21,099 nt of DNA from PVC group bacterium (GCA_043804695.1 JAZDIV010000030.1:1-21099), one strand, 5' to 3'; numbered from the stretch's first letter, positions 7,644-17,074 are shown. Made by a program: numbers and translations. Notes: generated from the sequence alone by a model not told the origin.

Positions 7644-8778
7644 GATCCTGGGCGTCAGCCGGCAGGCGGCCTCGGAAGAGATCAAGAAAGCCTACCGGCG
7701 CCTGGCGGTTGAATACCATCCGGACAAGAATCCCGGAAACCCCGAGGCGGAGGAGCGATTCAAGGAAGTTGCCGAGGCTTTCGAGGTCCTGAGCGACCCC
7801 CGGAAGCGGGAGGTGTACGATATATACGGCCGCGAGGGACTGCGGGGCCGGGGGTTCGGCTTTCACGACCCTGCTGATATTTTTCAGCAGTTCATGGGCG
7901 CCGCTTTCGGGGGCGGGATCTTCGGGGACATCTTCGGCTTCGGGGAGCAGGCCCGGCGCGGGCCGGTGAGCGGCGCCAATATTGAATACGAGATGGAGAT
8001 CAGCCTGGATGAAGCGGCCGCCGGGGCGACCAGGAAAGCGGCCATCAGCCGCCGGGAGGTCTGTCCCCGCTGCCGGGGCGAAGGGGCGGAACCGGGAACC
8101 GACCGGACGGCCTGCGACCGGTGCCGGGGAGCGGGAAGAATCCGGCAGGCCAGAAGAACGCTTCTGGGGACCTTCGCCACCGAGACCCCTTGTCCCGCTT
8201 GCGGGGGAGAAGGGAGCACCGCCGCCACGCCCTGCCGCGAATGCGCCGGCCGACGGACGGTGGAGCGGGAGAGGGAAGTTACCGTCAAGATCCCTCCCGG
8301 GGTCGACGATGGTTCCATTCTTCGGCAGCGGGGAGGGGGAGAGGCGGGTCCCGGGCGCGGGCCGTCCGGCGATCTGATCATTTATCTGCGCCTGCTGCCG
8401 CACCCGATCTTCCAGCGCTCCGGCGATGATATTTTCTGCGAAATCCCGATCAGTTTTCCCCTGGCCGCGCTGGGGGGGGAGATCCGGGTTCCGACCCTCC
8501 AGGGGCATACCGAGTTGAAGATCCCGCCGGGAACCCGGAGCGGGCAGGTGTTCCGCCTCCGGGGCCGGGGTATACCGCATCTCCATGGTTCGGGCTCCGG
8601 CGATGAACAGATCGCCGTGACCGTGGAGATCCCCACCCGCCTGAACAAGGAGCAGCGTGAGCTGTTGCGCCGTCTCGAAGATTCTTTTTCCGATAAGAAC
8701 CGTCCCCTCCACCGGAGTTTCACGGAGAAATTCCATGACTTCCTCGCCCGGCACGGGGTTGTGAAAGGGGAAGAATAA
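7621..8778 (+). CDS. dnaJ: molecular chaperone DnaJ
   Basis: J domain (NYYEILGV...YHPDKN), G/F region, four CxxCxG repeats (CPRCRG, CDRCRG, CPACGG, CRECAG) and C-terminal domain. ATG at 7621 overlaps the end of grpE. Confidence 0.97.
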   Translation: MNKRNYYEILGVSRQAASEEIKKAYRRLAVEYHPDKNPGNPEAEERFKEVAEAFEVLSDPRKREVYDIYGREGLRGRGFGFHDPADIFQQFMGAAFGGGIFGDIFGFGEQARRGPVSGANIEYEMEISLDEAAAGATRKAAISRREVCPRCRGEGAEPGTDRTACDRCRGAGRIRQARRTLLGTFATETPCPACGGEGSTAATPCRECAGRRTVEREREVTVKIPPGVDDGSILRQRGGGEAGPGRGPSGDLIIYLRLLPHPIFQRSGDDIFCEIPISFPLAALGGEIRVPTLQGHTELKIPPGTRSGQVFRLRGRGIPHLHGSGSGDEQIAVTVEIPTRLNKEQRELLRRLEDSFSDKNRPLHRSFTEKFHDFLARHGVVKGEE

Positions 8779-8862
8779 AATAAGTTGGGAGAAAGGAAAA
8801 CAATCCTGATCAGTTCATTTCCTTCGCGATCTTCGTGCCGCGGTTTTAATCGCTTGGCTGGT

Positions 8863-8907
8863 ACTGATTACCGATTACCGATTACTGATTACTGATCACT
8901 GATTACC
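8863..8907 (+). repeat. 7-bp tandem repeat AC(T/C)GAT(T/C) x6
   Basis: ACTGATT ACCGATT ACCGATT ACTGATT ACTGATC ACTGATT ACC. Confidence 0.9.
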
Positions 8908-8909
8908 TC

Positions 8910-10220
8910 ATGCCCATGTTCCCGCCGCATATGATTGAGAACAACCTCTCCTTTGCCATCTCCACCCTCGGCTGCAAGGTGAACCAGTATGAGAGCCAGG
9001 TGATCAGGGAACGGCTGCAGGCGGCCGGCGGTCGTGAAGATCCCGCTTCCCCCGGTCTGGTCGTCGTCAATTCCTGCGCGGTGACCGCCCGGGCCGAGAT
9101 GAAGACGCGCAAGTGCATCCGCCGCTGGCTCCGCCGGGCGCCCCGGGCCCGCCTCCTCCTCACCGGCTGCGGCCTGACCTATTCCGAGGTCAGGAACCGG
9201 AGCCTCTGGGAGATGGTTCCCGCCCCCCGCCGCGGCGAGCTGCCCCCGGCGGCCGCCGGGGCCGATATCCGGGGGATCAGTTACCTGGCCGGTCACCGCC
9301 GCGCCTTTGTCAAGGTGCAGGACGGGTGCGGCGCGTTTTGCTCGTATTGCGTCATCCCTTTTCTGCGCGGACGCCCGGTCAGCCGGCCGCCGGAAGCGGC
9401 GGTCCGGGAAACCGTCGTCCTGGTCCGGAACGGATACCGGGAGATCGTCCTGACCGGGATCAACCTGGGAGCCTATGCCGGAAGGGTGTCCGGCCGCCGG
9501 GTTGACCTGGCCGGATTGGTCGAGCTGCTCCTAAAGGTGGAGGGGAACTTCCGGATCCGGCTCAGTTCGATCGAGCCGAAAGAGATTACCCCCGGTCTCT
9601 CCCGGCTGATCGCCGGGAACAGCGGTCTCTGCCCGCACCTCCACATCCCCCTCCAGAGCGGCTCCGACCGGGTGCTCCGGCTGATGAACCGGAATTACAC
9701 CTACCGGGAATACGCCGGGATCATCAGTTCTCTGCGGGAGTGCTGCCCGGAGATATCCATCTCCACCGACTGCCTGGTCGGCTTCCCCGGGGAAAGCGAG
9801 GATGACTTCCGGGCCACCTGTCGGGCGATCCGGGGGACCGGTTTCAGCCGGACGCACGTATTCCCTTACAGCCCCCGCCCCGGGACCCGCGCCGCCGCCG
9901 ATCCTCCGGTGCCGGCCGAGACGGTGAAGCGCCGGGCGGCGGCGGCCGACAAATCCGCCCGGGTCGCCGCCGCCGAGTACCGGGAAAGGTTTTGGGGCCG
10001 TACGGTCGAGGTCCTGATCGAAAAAAGCGGTGGCGGCGGCACCGTCTGCGGATTTGACCAGCATTATCTCGCGGTCGCCGTCACCGGAACGGATCTCCCC
10101 CCTGGTTCGCTCTGCCGGGTCAGTATCACCGGCGTCGGCGAAGACGGTCTCAGGGGAGTCCCGGCGGGGGAGAAGATGACTGCTGAACGTTCAACATCCA
10201 GCGGCGGCCTGACAAATTAA
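8910..10220 (+). CDS. mtaB: tRNA methylthiotransferase, MtaB type (MiaB/RimO radical SAM family); start may be 8931
   Basis: TLGCKVNQYES, NSCAVT, RAFVKVQDGCGAFCSYCVIP (CxxxCxxC), RIRLSSIEP, HLHIPLQSGSD, HVFPYSPRPGT and a TRAM-like C-terminus. Its position after dnaJ is typical. Confidence 0.9.
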   Translation: MPMFPPHMIENNLSFAISTLGCKVNQYESQVIRERLQAAGGREDPASPGLVVVNSCAVTARAEMKTRKCIRRWLRRAPRARLLLTGCGLTYSEVRNRSLWEMVPAPRRGELPPAAAGADIRGISYLAGHRRAFVKVQDGCGAFCSYCVIPFLRGRPVSRPPEAAVRETVVLVRNGYREIVLTGINLGAYAGRVSGRRVDLAGLVELLLKVEGNFRIRLSSIEPKEITPGLSRLIAGNSGLCPHLHIPLQSGSDRVLRLMNRNYTYREYAGIISSLRECCPEISISTDCLVGFPGESEDDFRATCRAIRGTGFSRTHVFPYSPRPGTRAAADPPVPAETVKRRAAAADKSARVAAAEYRERFWGRTVEVLIEKSGGGGTVCGFDQHYLAVAVTGTDLPPGSLCRVSITGVGEDGLRGVPAGEKMTAERSTSSGGLTN

Positions 10221-10285
10221 GAAAAAACAGTATGCCGGGACCGTCCAACCGTGGTTGCTATAGGTTACTTCTTGAACGAGGTAGA

Positions 10286-10336
10286 TAACCGGGATGATTC
10301 ATGAAAATTGACAATTTTCATGAATCATCCCGGTTA
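10286..10336. repeat. 51-bp palindrome (two perfect 25-bp arms, 1-nt centre), TA at both ends
   Basis: TAACCGGGATGATTCATGAAAATTG-A-CAATTTTCATGAATCATCCCGGTTA. Confidence 0.95.
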
Positions 10337-10338
10337 AC

Positions 10339-10367
10339 TTGACATTCCGGAAATAATATGTTAAAAA
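10339..10367 (+). promoter_or_regulatory. sigma70-type promoter for dnaG-rpoD
   Basis: TTGACA (10339-10344), 17-bp spacer ending TGT, TAAAAA (10362-10367). Confidence 0.55.
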
Positions 10368-10376
10368 TAAGAAATT

Positions 10377-12152
10377 ATGTCTCCGCTCTATCCTCAAGAA
10401 CAACTCGACCTCATCAACTCCTACAATGACATCGTGGAGGTTGTCTCGCAGTATCTCCCTCTGAAACGGTCCGGCCGGAATTTCAAGGCTCTCTGCCCGT
10501 TTCATTCGGAAAAGACCCCCTCTTTTACCGTCAGTCCCGAGAAGCAGATCTTTCACTGTTTCGGCTGCGGGGCCGGGGGCAACGTCTTCTCTTTCGTCAT
10601 GCGCAAAGAGAACCTGACCTTCCCGGAAGCGGTTCGCTTTCTCGCCCGGAGGGCCAACATCGAGCTGCCGGAATTCGACTCCCGCGCCGCTTCGAAAAAG
10701 GAAATCCTTCTCAAAATCCACGAGCTCGCCGCCGGTTTTTTTCACTGGGGCCTCACCGGCGCCCGGAGCGGCGCCGGTGCCCGGGCCTACCTCAGGGAAC
10801 GGGGCATATCGGACGCCGCGGCGCGCACCTTTCAGCTCGGGTACGCGCAGCCGTCCTGGGACAGTTTCCTCAAGCAGGCGCGGAAGAAAGGATACGATCC
10901 GGAAACGCTCCTGGAGGCCGGGCTGATTCTCCAGCGTCCGAAAGAAGACGGCTATTACGACCGCTTCCGCCACCGCCTGATTGTCCCGGTCTGCGACGGG
11001 CAGGGGCGGGTCATCGCTTTCGGCGGCCGGGTTCTCGACGACTCCAAGCCGAAGTATATCAATTCGCCCGACACGCCGTTGTTCCACAAGGGCAGCGTTC
11101 TCTTCGGCCTCCACCTGGCCCGGGAAGCGATCGGGAAGAGCGGAGAGGCGGTTCTGGGGGAAGGATATTTTGACGTCATCCGGGCCCATCAGGAGAAACT
11201 GGAGAACATGATCTGTTCCCAGGGAACGGCGTTCACGGATATCCAGGCCCAGGTCCTGCGGCGTTATACCGACAAGGTGGTGGTGGCTTACGACGCCGAC
11301 CAGGCGGGGACGGAGGCCGCCCTCCGGGGGCTGGCCGTCTTTCTCCGGAAGAATTTCGAGGTCAGGGTGGTCATCCTGCCTCCCGGGGAAGACCCGGACA
11401 GCTATATCCGCGTCTTCTCCCCGGCGGCGTTTGCAGGGCTGGTGGCGGAGAGTGCCCCCCTCCTCGACTTCAAGCTGGACCGTCTCTGCCGGGACCACGA
11501 CATCGCCGCCGATCGCGGCCGGCTGGCCGTGACCCGGGAGATGCTGGGCATCATCTCCCTGATCGAGAGCGCGGTCCTCCGGGAGACCTACGCCAGGAAA
11601 CTGGCCGATCGCCTGGGTATTTCCACGGCGGCTGTCTGGGAGGAGTACCGGAAGCTCGCCGCCCCCCTCTCCCCGCCCCCCGCCGCCCGGCCGTCCCCGG
11701 CCCGCCCGGCGGATAAATATCAGGAACGCCTCTTGAAATATCTGGTGGAGAATGATACATTACTCTCCCGCGTTAAAGATGAAGTGGATCCGGCCGCTTT
11801 TTCTCCGTCGCTCCGGCCAATCGTGGCGCTGATGCTCAAACTGCTTCAGGAAGGCAAGACTCCCCTCTCCAGAACGCTGGTTGCCGCTCTTCGGGACAGG
11901 GATGCTCAAGAGACGGTTGCGCGCTGGCTTCTGGAGCCGCCGTCGGCGGGGCCGGGAATCTCCGAGGTGGCCGAACTGCTGATCAGCATTCAAAAAAAGC
12001 GGATCCACGCGGAGCTCGTCGGATGCCGTAAATCGGTCGCGGACCGGGAGGGGGGGGAAGCGAGGAAGTCCGCCATTCTGCGCAGGAGCACAGCCCTGGC
12101 GAGGGACCTGAAAGAATTTCCTTCCCGGATCCGGGACAAGATGGGTGTATGA
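10377..12152 (+). CDS. dnaG: DNA primase
   Basis: CHC2 zinc finger ([11 protein letters not shown]...[10 protein letters not shown]), [28 protein letters not shown] and TOPRIM motifs ([17 protein letters not shown]). Confidence 0.97.
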   Translation: MSPLYPQEQLDLINSYNDIVEVVSQYLPLKRSGRNFKALCPFHSEKTPSFTVSPEKQIFHCFGCGAGGNVFSFVMRKENLTFPEAVRFLARRANIELPEFDSRAASKKEILLKIHELAAGFFHWGLTGARSGAGARAYLRERGISDAAARTFQLGYAQPSWDSFLKQARKKGYDPETLLEAGLILQRPKEDGYYDRFRHRLIVPVCDGQGRVIAFGGRVLDDSKPKYINSPDTPLFHKGSVLFGLHLAREAIGKSGEAVLGEGYFDVIRAHQEKLENMICSQGTAFTDIQAQVLRRYTDKVVVAYDADQAGTEAALRGLAVFLRKNFEVRVVILPPGEDPDSYIRVFSPAAFAGLVAESAPLLDFKLDRLCRDHDIAADRGRLAVTREMLGIISLIESAVLRETYARKLADRLGISTAAVWEEYRKLAAPLSPPPAARPSPARPADKYQERLLKYLVENDTLLSRVKDEVDPAAFSPSLRPIVALMLKLLQEGKTPLSRTLVAALRDRDAQETVARWLLEPPSAGPGISEVAELLISIQKKRIHAELVGCRKSVADREGGEARKSAILRRSTALARDLKEFPSRIRDKMGV

Positions 12153-13813
12153 AAATATCCGATAAAGACAGAAGAATTAAAAAACTGATCGAGCTTGGTT
12201 CGGGGAAGGGGTTTTTGACCCCCATCGACCTCGCCCAGCAGCTTCCGGAAGAGCTGATCAACCCCGAGGAGCTTGAGTCGATCAAAATCCTTCTCCAGGG
12301 CCTGGGAGTTGAGATCCTGGATATCCCGGAGGCGCCCTCGTCGGAGGAGCCGCTCCCGGAAGAACAGGTGAAGGCCCAGCCGACCCGGCCGTTCGAGATC
12401 CTGGACGATCCGGTCCGGATGTATCTCCGGCAAATGGGACAGGTCCCCCTTCTCACCCGGGAACAGGAGGTGGAGATCTCCAAGAGGATCGAGCGGGCTG
12501 AAAAGCGGGTCTATAATTTAAGCCTCCGGTTCGGCATCATCCCCCGGGAGATGATCGTCATCTGCAAGCGGCTTCTCAACGGCAAGGAGCGGTTTGACCG
12601 GGTGGTGGTCGAGCGCAAGGGGCGCCGCCGGGAGCGGTACCTGATCGATCTGCCGGCCCGCCTCGATGCCATTGACAAACTGGCGGCCCGGATCAGGATT
12701 AAGGCCCTGGCTGTTCGCGCCAGCCGCCATCACGATGCCCAGAGGGAGAAACAGAAGGAGAGCCTCCTCGATCTGCGGCGGGAGATGATCCGGGAGCTGA
12801 AGAAATTCCGCTTCAAGCAGGCGGTGGTCGAAGATTTCTACCCCGCCCTCCGCAAGCTGAACTGCAAGATCGTCGTGATCCAGGACGGCCTGGAGCCGCT
12901 GGTGGTCAAGGTCCGGAAGTCGCAGCAGATTCGGAGCCGGATCAAGAACGACCGGCGCAAGCTCAGGCGCCTGGAAACCAACCTGGAGATGGAGGTCGAG
13001 GAGTTTCAGGAATATTTTGATGAGCTGACCGGGGCGCTGGCCGAGGTCCGCCGGGCGAAAGGCGAGATGGTGGAGGCCAACCTCCGCCTGGTGATCAGCA
13101 TTGCGAAAAAATATACCAACCGGGGGCTCTCCTTTCTCGACCTGATCCAGGAAGGGAACATGGGCCTGATGAAAGCGGTCGATAAATTTGAATACCGCCG
13201 GGGCTTCAAGTTCTCCACATATGCCACCTGGTGGATCCGCCAGGGGATCACCCGCGCCATCGCCGACCAGGCCCGGACGATCCGGATCCCGGTCCACATG
13301 ATCGAGACCATCAACAAGCTGATGCGGGTGACCAAAAAACTGCTCCAGGAGCGGGGGAAGGAGCCCTCGGCGGAGGATCTGGCCGACGAGATGGACATCC
13401 CGATCGACAAGATCCGGGACATCATCAAGATCGCCCAGCACCCGATCTCTCTGCAGGCTCCGATCGGGGACAAGGACGAGAGCCAGTTCGGCGATTTTAT
13501 CGAAGACCGGGGAGCGGAGTCCCCCGCCACCGCCACCAGCTACTCCCTCCTCCGGGAGCAGATGAAGACGGTCCTCTACACCCTGACCAAGCGGGAAGCC
13601 AAGGTGTTGACCCTCCGCTTCGGGATCACCGACGGCTCTCCCCGCACCCTGGAAGAAGTAGGCAAGATATTCAACGTGACCCGGGAGCGGGTCCGCCAGA
13701 TCGAAGCCAAGGCCCTGCGGAAGATGCGCCATCCCACCCGGAGCAGGAAGCTCCAGGGTTTTCTTGATCTGGCCGATGATGACGGCCGGACCGACACGAT
13801 CTGGGATATGTAA
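12149..13813 (+). CDS. rpoD: primary RNA polymerase sigma factor RpoD
   Basis: Region 1.1, region 1.2 ([12 protein letters not shown]), non-conserved region, region 2 ([25 protein letters not shown]), region 3 and region 4 ([18 protein letters not shown]). ATGA overlap with dnaG. Confidence 0.98.
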   Translation: MKISDKDRRIKKLIELGSGKGFLTPIDLAQQLPEELINPEELESIKILLQGLGVEILDIPEAPSSEEPLPEEQVKAQPTRPFEILDDPVRMYLRQMGQVPLLTREQEVEISKRIERAEKRVYNLSLRFGIIPREMIVICKRLLNGKERFDRVVVERKGRRRERYLIDLPARLDAIDKLAARIRIKALAVRASRHHDAQREKQKESLLDLRREMIRELKKFRFKQAVVEDFYPALRKLNCKIVVIQDGLEPLVVKVRKSQQIRSRIKNDRRKLRRLETNLEMEVEEFQEYFDELTGALAEVRRAKGEMVEANLRLVISIAKKYTNRGLSFLDLIQEGNMGLMKAVDKFEYRRGFKFSTYATWWIRQGITRAIADQARTIRIPVHMIETINKLMRVTKKLLQERGKEPSAEDLADEMDIPIDKIRDIIKIAQHPISLQAPIGDKDESQFGDFIEDRGAESPATATSYSLLREQMKTVLYTLTKREAKVLTLRFGITDGSPRTLEEVGKIFNVTRERVRQIEAKALRKMRHPTRSRKLQGFLDLADDDGRTDTIWDM

Positions 13814-13848
13814 TTTCTCAGGCCGATTTCCATCGGCCTGAGAAATTA
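13811..13848 (+). terminator. 17-bp perfect stem-loop starting at the rpoD stop codon
   Basis: TAATTTCTCAGGCCGAT-TTCC-ATCGGCCTGAGAAATTA. There is no U-tract, so the terminator role is uncertain. Confidence 0.55.
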
Positions 13849-13967
13849 AATAGTTGGATATACTGTGTCATCTTTTGTTCCGACCACTTAAACACCCCTA
13901 TCATTCTCCCTGAGTTCCGTTGATTACCACTGATTTCTGCAAAGTTTGGTAACTGTTTGGCTACTGT

Positions 13968-14009
13968 AAAAAAAGGGACGGTTCAATCAATCGAGAACCG
14001 TCCCCTTTT
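13968..14009. terminator. bidirectional intrinsic terminator between convergent genes
   Basis: A-run, GGGACGGTTC-N10-GAACCGTCCC, then CTTTT. Confidence 0.7.
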
Positions 14010-14060
14010 CTGATCAAATTCGATTATCTTATCTTGTCACCGGGACATCACCGGATCTCC

Positions 14061-15557
14061 CTAAAAGCTCTGTCCCACCACCGGTATATCGCCATCTACT
14101 CCATAGCGCTGCTTGAAGTTGGGGCCGGACGGGTTGTAGATGTACCATCTCCTCTCCCCGGGCCGGAAAATGCCGAAGTTGGACGCCCCGTCCCCGTCGA
14201 AGTCCCCCGCCACCGGGGTGTCGGCCGCGTAGCCGTACCTGACTTTACCGATGTTCCGGAGGAACCAGACCGTATGGTAGTCCCCGTAAATCCGCCAGAC
14301 AACGGGATCGCTCACCCCGTCCCCGTTATAGTCCAGGGCCCTGACCCGGTCCTCCGGGTATCCCCAGAGAAAATTGTAATTATTCCCGTCGGCTTCCCGG
14401 ACCAGCCAGCGGAGACTGGCGCCGCTCGTTCGCACCAGCGCCCGGTCGCAGGTCCCGTCCCCGTCGAAATCCCCCGGGATCGGGATGTCCCCGGTATTCC
14501 CGAAACACTGCCAGGCCGAGGCGGCACCATAGATATGCCAGTAGCCCAGGCTCCCGGAGGGGCTCCAGGTCGCGTAGTCGGTTGTCCCGTCCCCGTCGTA
14601 GTCCTCCGGGACCGGGATATCGTCGTAAAGCCCCCATTTCAAGCCGCTGGTTATCACTTCCCCGGTCAGCGTGTCCTTCACGTACCAGCGGGCGCTGAAA
14701 CGGTTGTAGTAAGCGATATCGCCCGTCCCGTCACCGTTGTAATCGCCGGGGGCCGGGATGGCCCCCTCCTCGTCCCCCCAGATAACTCCTTCCGTGATCA
14801 CGGTGGCGGTCTGTGCGTCCATGATATTCCAGGCGCCGGCGGTAAAAAGAGCGTAGTCAGTGTAGCCGTCGCCGTTGTAGTCGTCCCAGCCGATCACCAG
14901 GTGGATCGAAGTCGGCGCCGGAACCGGCGTTGGGCTCTTGAACACTTCCGGTGTCGGAGACACAGTGGGAACCGGGGTAACCGATGGGGTCGGCGTCGCG
15001 GACGGGACTGGTGTCGGTGGAACTGTCGGAATCGACGTTGGGGTAGGTGTTGGCGTGGCGGAAGACGTGGACGTGGGCGTGATGGTGGCCGTGGGGGTAG
15101 CAGCATGCTCCAGTCGACAGGCGAAGGAATCAGAATCGCCGCGGATAACTGATTGATAAGGATTACTGACTGGGAAATCCCAGGAATCGGTACTGCCGAC
15201 AATATAAGCGAAGTCGGCCGTGTCCACGGCGATCCCGGAGGCCTCCTCGTTGGTGGTTCCTCCCAGATAGGTCGAGTAGACCAGGGAAGAGCCGGAGGAG
15301 GAGAGGCGAGAAATAAAGGCGTCATACTCTCCGGCGGGGACAGACTGGTACCCGTTTTGGCAAGGGAAGTCGGATGACCAGGTATTGCCGGTGATGAAGG
15401 CTGTTCCGTCTGAACCCACGGCCACGTCCCGGCCAACGTCATTCGCGCTCCCTCCCAGGTAGGTGGAGTAACTGAGTTGCACGTCCTGGGCGTAGAGGAA
15501 TTCCGGATTAAGATTGATGAGTAAGACTAACGCAGATAAGATTAATATCTTCTTCAT
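14061..15557 (-). CDS. secreted protein: SBBP repeats + Pro/Thr linker + FG-GAP/VCBS-like repeats
   Basis: Start MKKILILSALVLL at 15557 after AAGAGG. Two YSTYLGG...D/E..G..VAV...G.T.S.DFP repeats, a (TP)n linker and six D(Y/F)(N/D)GDG motifs. Confidence 0.85.
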   Translation of the reverse strand: MKKILILSALVLLINLNPEFLYAQDVQLSYSTYLGGSANDVGRDVAVGSDGTAFITGNTWSSDFPCQNGYQSVPAGEYDAFISRLSSSGSSLVYSTYLGGTTNEEASGIAVDTADFAYIVGSTDSWDFPVSNPYQSVIRGDSDSFACRLEHAATPTATITPTSTSSATPTPTPTSIPTVPPTPVPSATPTPSVTPVPTVSPTPEVFKSPTPVPAPTSIHLVIGWDDYNGDGYTDYALFTAGAWNIMDAQTATVITEGVIWGDEEGAIPAPGDYNGDGTGDIAYYNRFSARWYVKDTLTGEVITSGLKWGLYDDIPVPEDYDGDGTTDYATWSPSGSLGYWHIYGAASAWQCFGNTGDIPIPGDFDGDGTCDRALVRTSGASLRWLVREADGNNYNFLWGYPEDRVRALDYNGDGVSDPVVWRIYGDYHTVWFLRNIGKVRYGYAADTPVAGDFDGDGASNFGIFRPGERRWYIYNPSGPNFKQRYGVDGDIPVVGQSF

Positions 15558-15678
15558 CTCTAACCTCTTCTTAGAACTTACCCTCGCTCCGCTCTGGCAA
15601 CGTTCTGAAGTGCCTAAAGTTAAAAAACTACTCGGCGCCGGCGGCATGGGGACGTTATATTGCTTAGTATTTTGACAG

Positions 15679-15737
15679 TTATTGTGCGCCTGAGGCGCAT
15701 CAGCCTAAGGCTGAAAATTCCGAAGCAGTAAATTAAG
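15679..15737 (-). repeat. mini-hairpin-module element, two-module copy
   Basis: Reverse complement reads CTTAATTTACTGCTTCGGAATTTTCAGCCTTAGGCTGATGCGCCTCAGGCGCACAATAA. Confidence 0.85.
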
Positions 15738-15756
15738 TATAAAAAAGGAGAATACT

Positions 15757-15785
15757 ATGCTAATTTATTTTAGTTTTCTTGTCAA
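15757..15785 (-). promoter_or_regulatory. sigma70-type promoter for the SBBP/FG-GAP gene
   Basis: Minus strand TTGACA, 17-bp spacer, TAGCAT. Confidence 0.55.
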
Positions 15786-15899
15786 GAGAAATTTTAAATT
15801 GGAAAGGGAACAAGCTTTGTCCATACTCTCCGGCTTGAGTTCGGTGGAGAAAGCGGAATTAGAGTTTTAGATTCTAATTCTGGTTTGATACCTTGCCTT

Positions 15900-16054
15900 T
15901 ATTAGTCAGTCCATAATTGTATGGACATGTCATTGCGAGGTGCGAGATCCTTCGCTATCGCTCGGGACAGGCTACGCAATCTCAACTATATGCACAGCAA
16001 GAGATTGCTTCCCGCCACGCTTTGCTCGCGGCTTCGGCTAACGCTCGCAATGAC
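15900..16054 (+). repeat. hairpin-headed nested palindromic element (MITE/RPE-like), longest copy
   Basis: 29-bp head, then GTCATTGCGAG (15929-15939) pairing with CTCGCAATGAC (16044-16054), enclosing GCAATCTC (15976-15983) pairing with GAGATTGC (16001-16008). Confidence 0.85.
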
Positions 16055-16250
16055 CGCAATCCTTGCTGTAAATACTACAACGGTCGGATTAATAAAGGGC
16101 ACAACCGAGTCGCTCAAGCTGTCTGGAAGGGCTGATGCAGCTATCAGACGTTAAATTATTTCCGGGGTAGCATGCTTTCCCCTTCGGCCCCTTCCGGCAG
16201 TTGAGCTTTTCGTTATGCCTTATAAACGGTAAAAAAACGATAAAACATAC

Positions 16251-16279
16251 TTGACATAAATCCACAGATGTCTTACATT
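16251..16279 (+). promoter_or_regulatory. promoter of the TA operon with overlapping putative operator
   Basis: TTGACA (16251-16256), 17-bp spacer, TACATT (16274-16279). Repeated TGT-N3-ACA boxes (TGTCTTACA, TGTTATACA) lie over the -10 and start region. Confidence 0.65.
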
Positions 16280-16286
16280 GTTATAC

Positions 16287-16508
16287 ATGAAAACAGCTAC
16301 TCTGACAATTCGCCTGGATAAGGACCTTGATAAGTTACTGACCAAGGTCAGCCGTCAGGCCGGGAGGAATCGAAGTGAAGTCGCCCGGGATGCTTTACGC
16401 CGTCAACTCCGCATCATTCGGTTTGAGGTCCTGCGAAAAAGAATTATGCCTTTTGCTGAAGCGCGCGGATTTTTGACGGATGAAGATGTTTTCTCCCAGA
16501 TTTCATGA
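16287..16508 (+). CDS. CopG-family ribbon-helix-helix antitoxin
   Basis: MKTATLTIRLDKDLDKLLTKVSRQAGRNRSEVARDALRRQL...AEARGFLTDEDVF. ATGA overlap with the PIN gene. Confidence 0.9.
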   Translation: MKTATLTIRLDKDLDKLLTKVSRQAGRNRSEVARDALRRQLRIIRFEVLRKRIMPFAEARGFLTDEDVFSQIS

Positions 16509-16903
16509 GGGTCTTTCTCGATACCAATGTTCTGGCCAGCGCCACAGCCACCCGGGGCTTGTGCGCCGACGTCCTCAGAGAAGTTCTTGCCCTGCATGAA
16601 CTTGTTGTTTCCCCCCCGTTGTTCAATGAATTAAAGCGAGTCTTGGCTCGGAAGTTTGGGTTGTCGGAAGACATTGTTTCTGATGTACTTGAATTACTCC
16701 AGGAAGACACCATATTTTCAAAGCCGGGAAAATTATCCGATATCCAGATAAAGGACAAGGATGATGTGATTATCTTATCATCGGCTCTGACTGGCAAAGC
16801 GGATATATTCATTACCGGAGATAAAGAATTACTCAAATTGCGAAAAGTTGGCAGGCTGGAGATTGTGTCTCCGAGGGATTTCTGGGAAAGACTAAAGGCA
16901 TAA
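16505..16903 (+). CDS. PIN-domain toxin (VapC-like, PIN_3 type)
   Basis: MRVFLDTNVLASA, ELKRVL, DKDDVIILSSA, ADIFITGDKELL and IVSPRDF. Confidence 0.92.
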   Translation: MRVFLDTNVLASATATRGLCADVLREVLALHELVVSPPLFNELKRVLARKFGLSEDIVSDVLELLQEDTIFSKPGKLSDIQIKDKDDVIILSSALTGKADIFITGDKELLKLRKVGRLEIVSPRDFWERLKA

Positions 16904-16980
16904 CCCTTATAAGGCCTCCTGGTGTCAATAGGGAAAAATAGACGAAAACTTCCCGGAAGTGCGGAATGTAAGCGCAAGGG

Positions 16981-17074
16981 CGAAGCAATCTCATTTGGCC
17001 ACATATAATTCATTGTGGGTCAATGTTTTGAGATTGCTTCGTCCCCCGATATTCATCGGGGTCCTCGCAATGAC
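16981..17074 (+). repeat. partial copy (right part) of the nested palindromic element
   Basis: CGAAGCAATCTCA (16981-16993) pairs with TGAGATTGCTTCG (17029-17041), followed by the CCCCGAT-ATTC-ATCGGGG hairpin and CTCGCAATGAC (17064-17074). Confidence 0.8.

Noticed and set aside
7008..13732. Long antisense ORFs (7008-7634, 7579-8754, 10299-11498, 12518-13732)
   Set aside because: They are shadows of grpE, dnaJ, dnaG and rpoD on the opposite strand, expected from GC-rich codon usage, and carry no recognisable motifs.
13814..14060. Possible tRNA after rpoD, a common location
   Set aside because: No cloverleaf with a properly placed T-loop, D-loop and acceptor stem could be folded.
14034..15152. 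372-aa plus-strand ORF
   Set aside because: It is antisense to the SBBP/FG-GAP gene, and its repetitive VPVVV pattern is the mirror of the DxDGD codons.
15917..16154. Two short plus-strand ORFs, and the similar one ending at 20968
   Set aside because: They are read through the palindromic element and lack an RBS or protein-like features.
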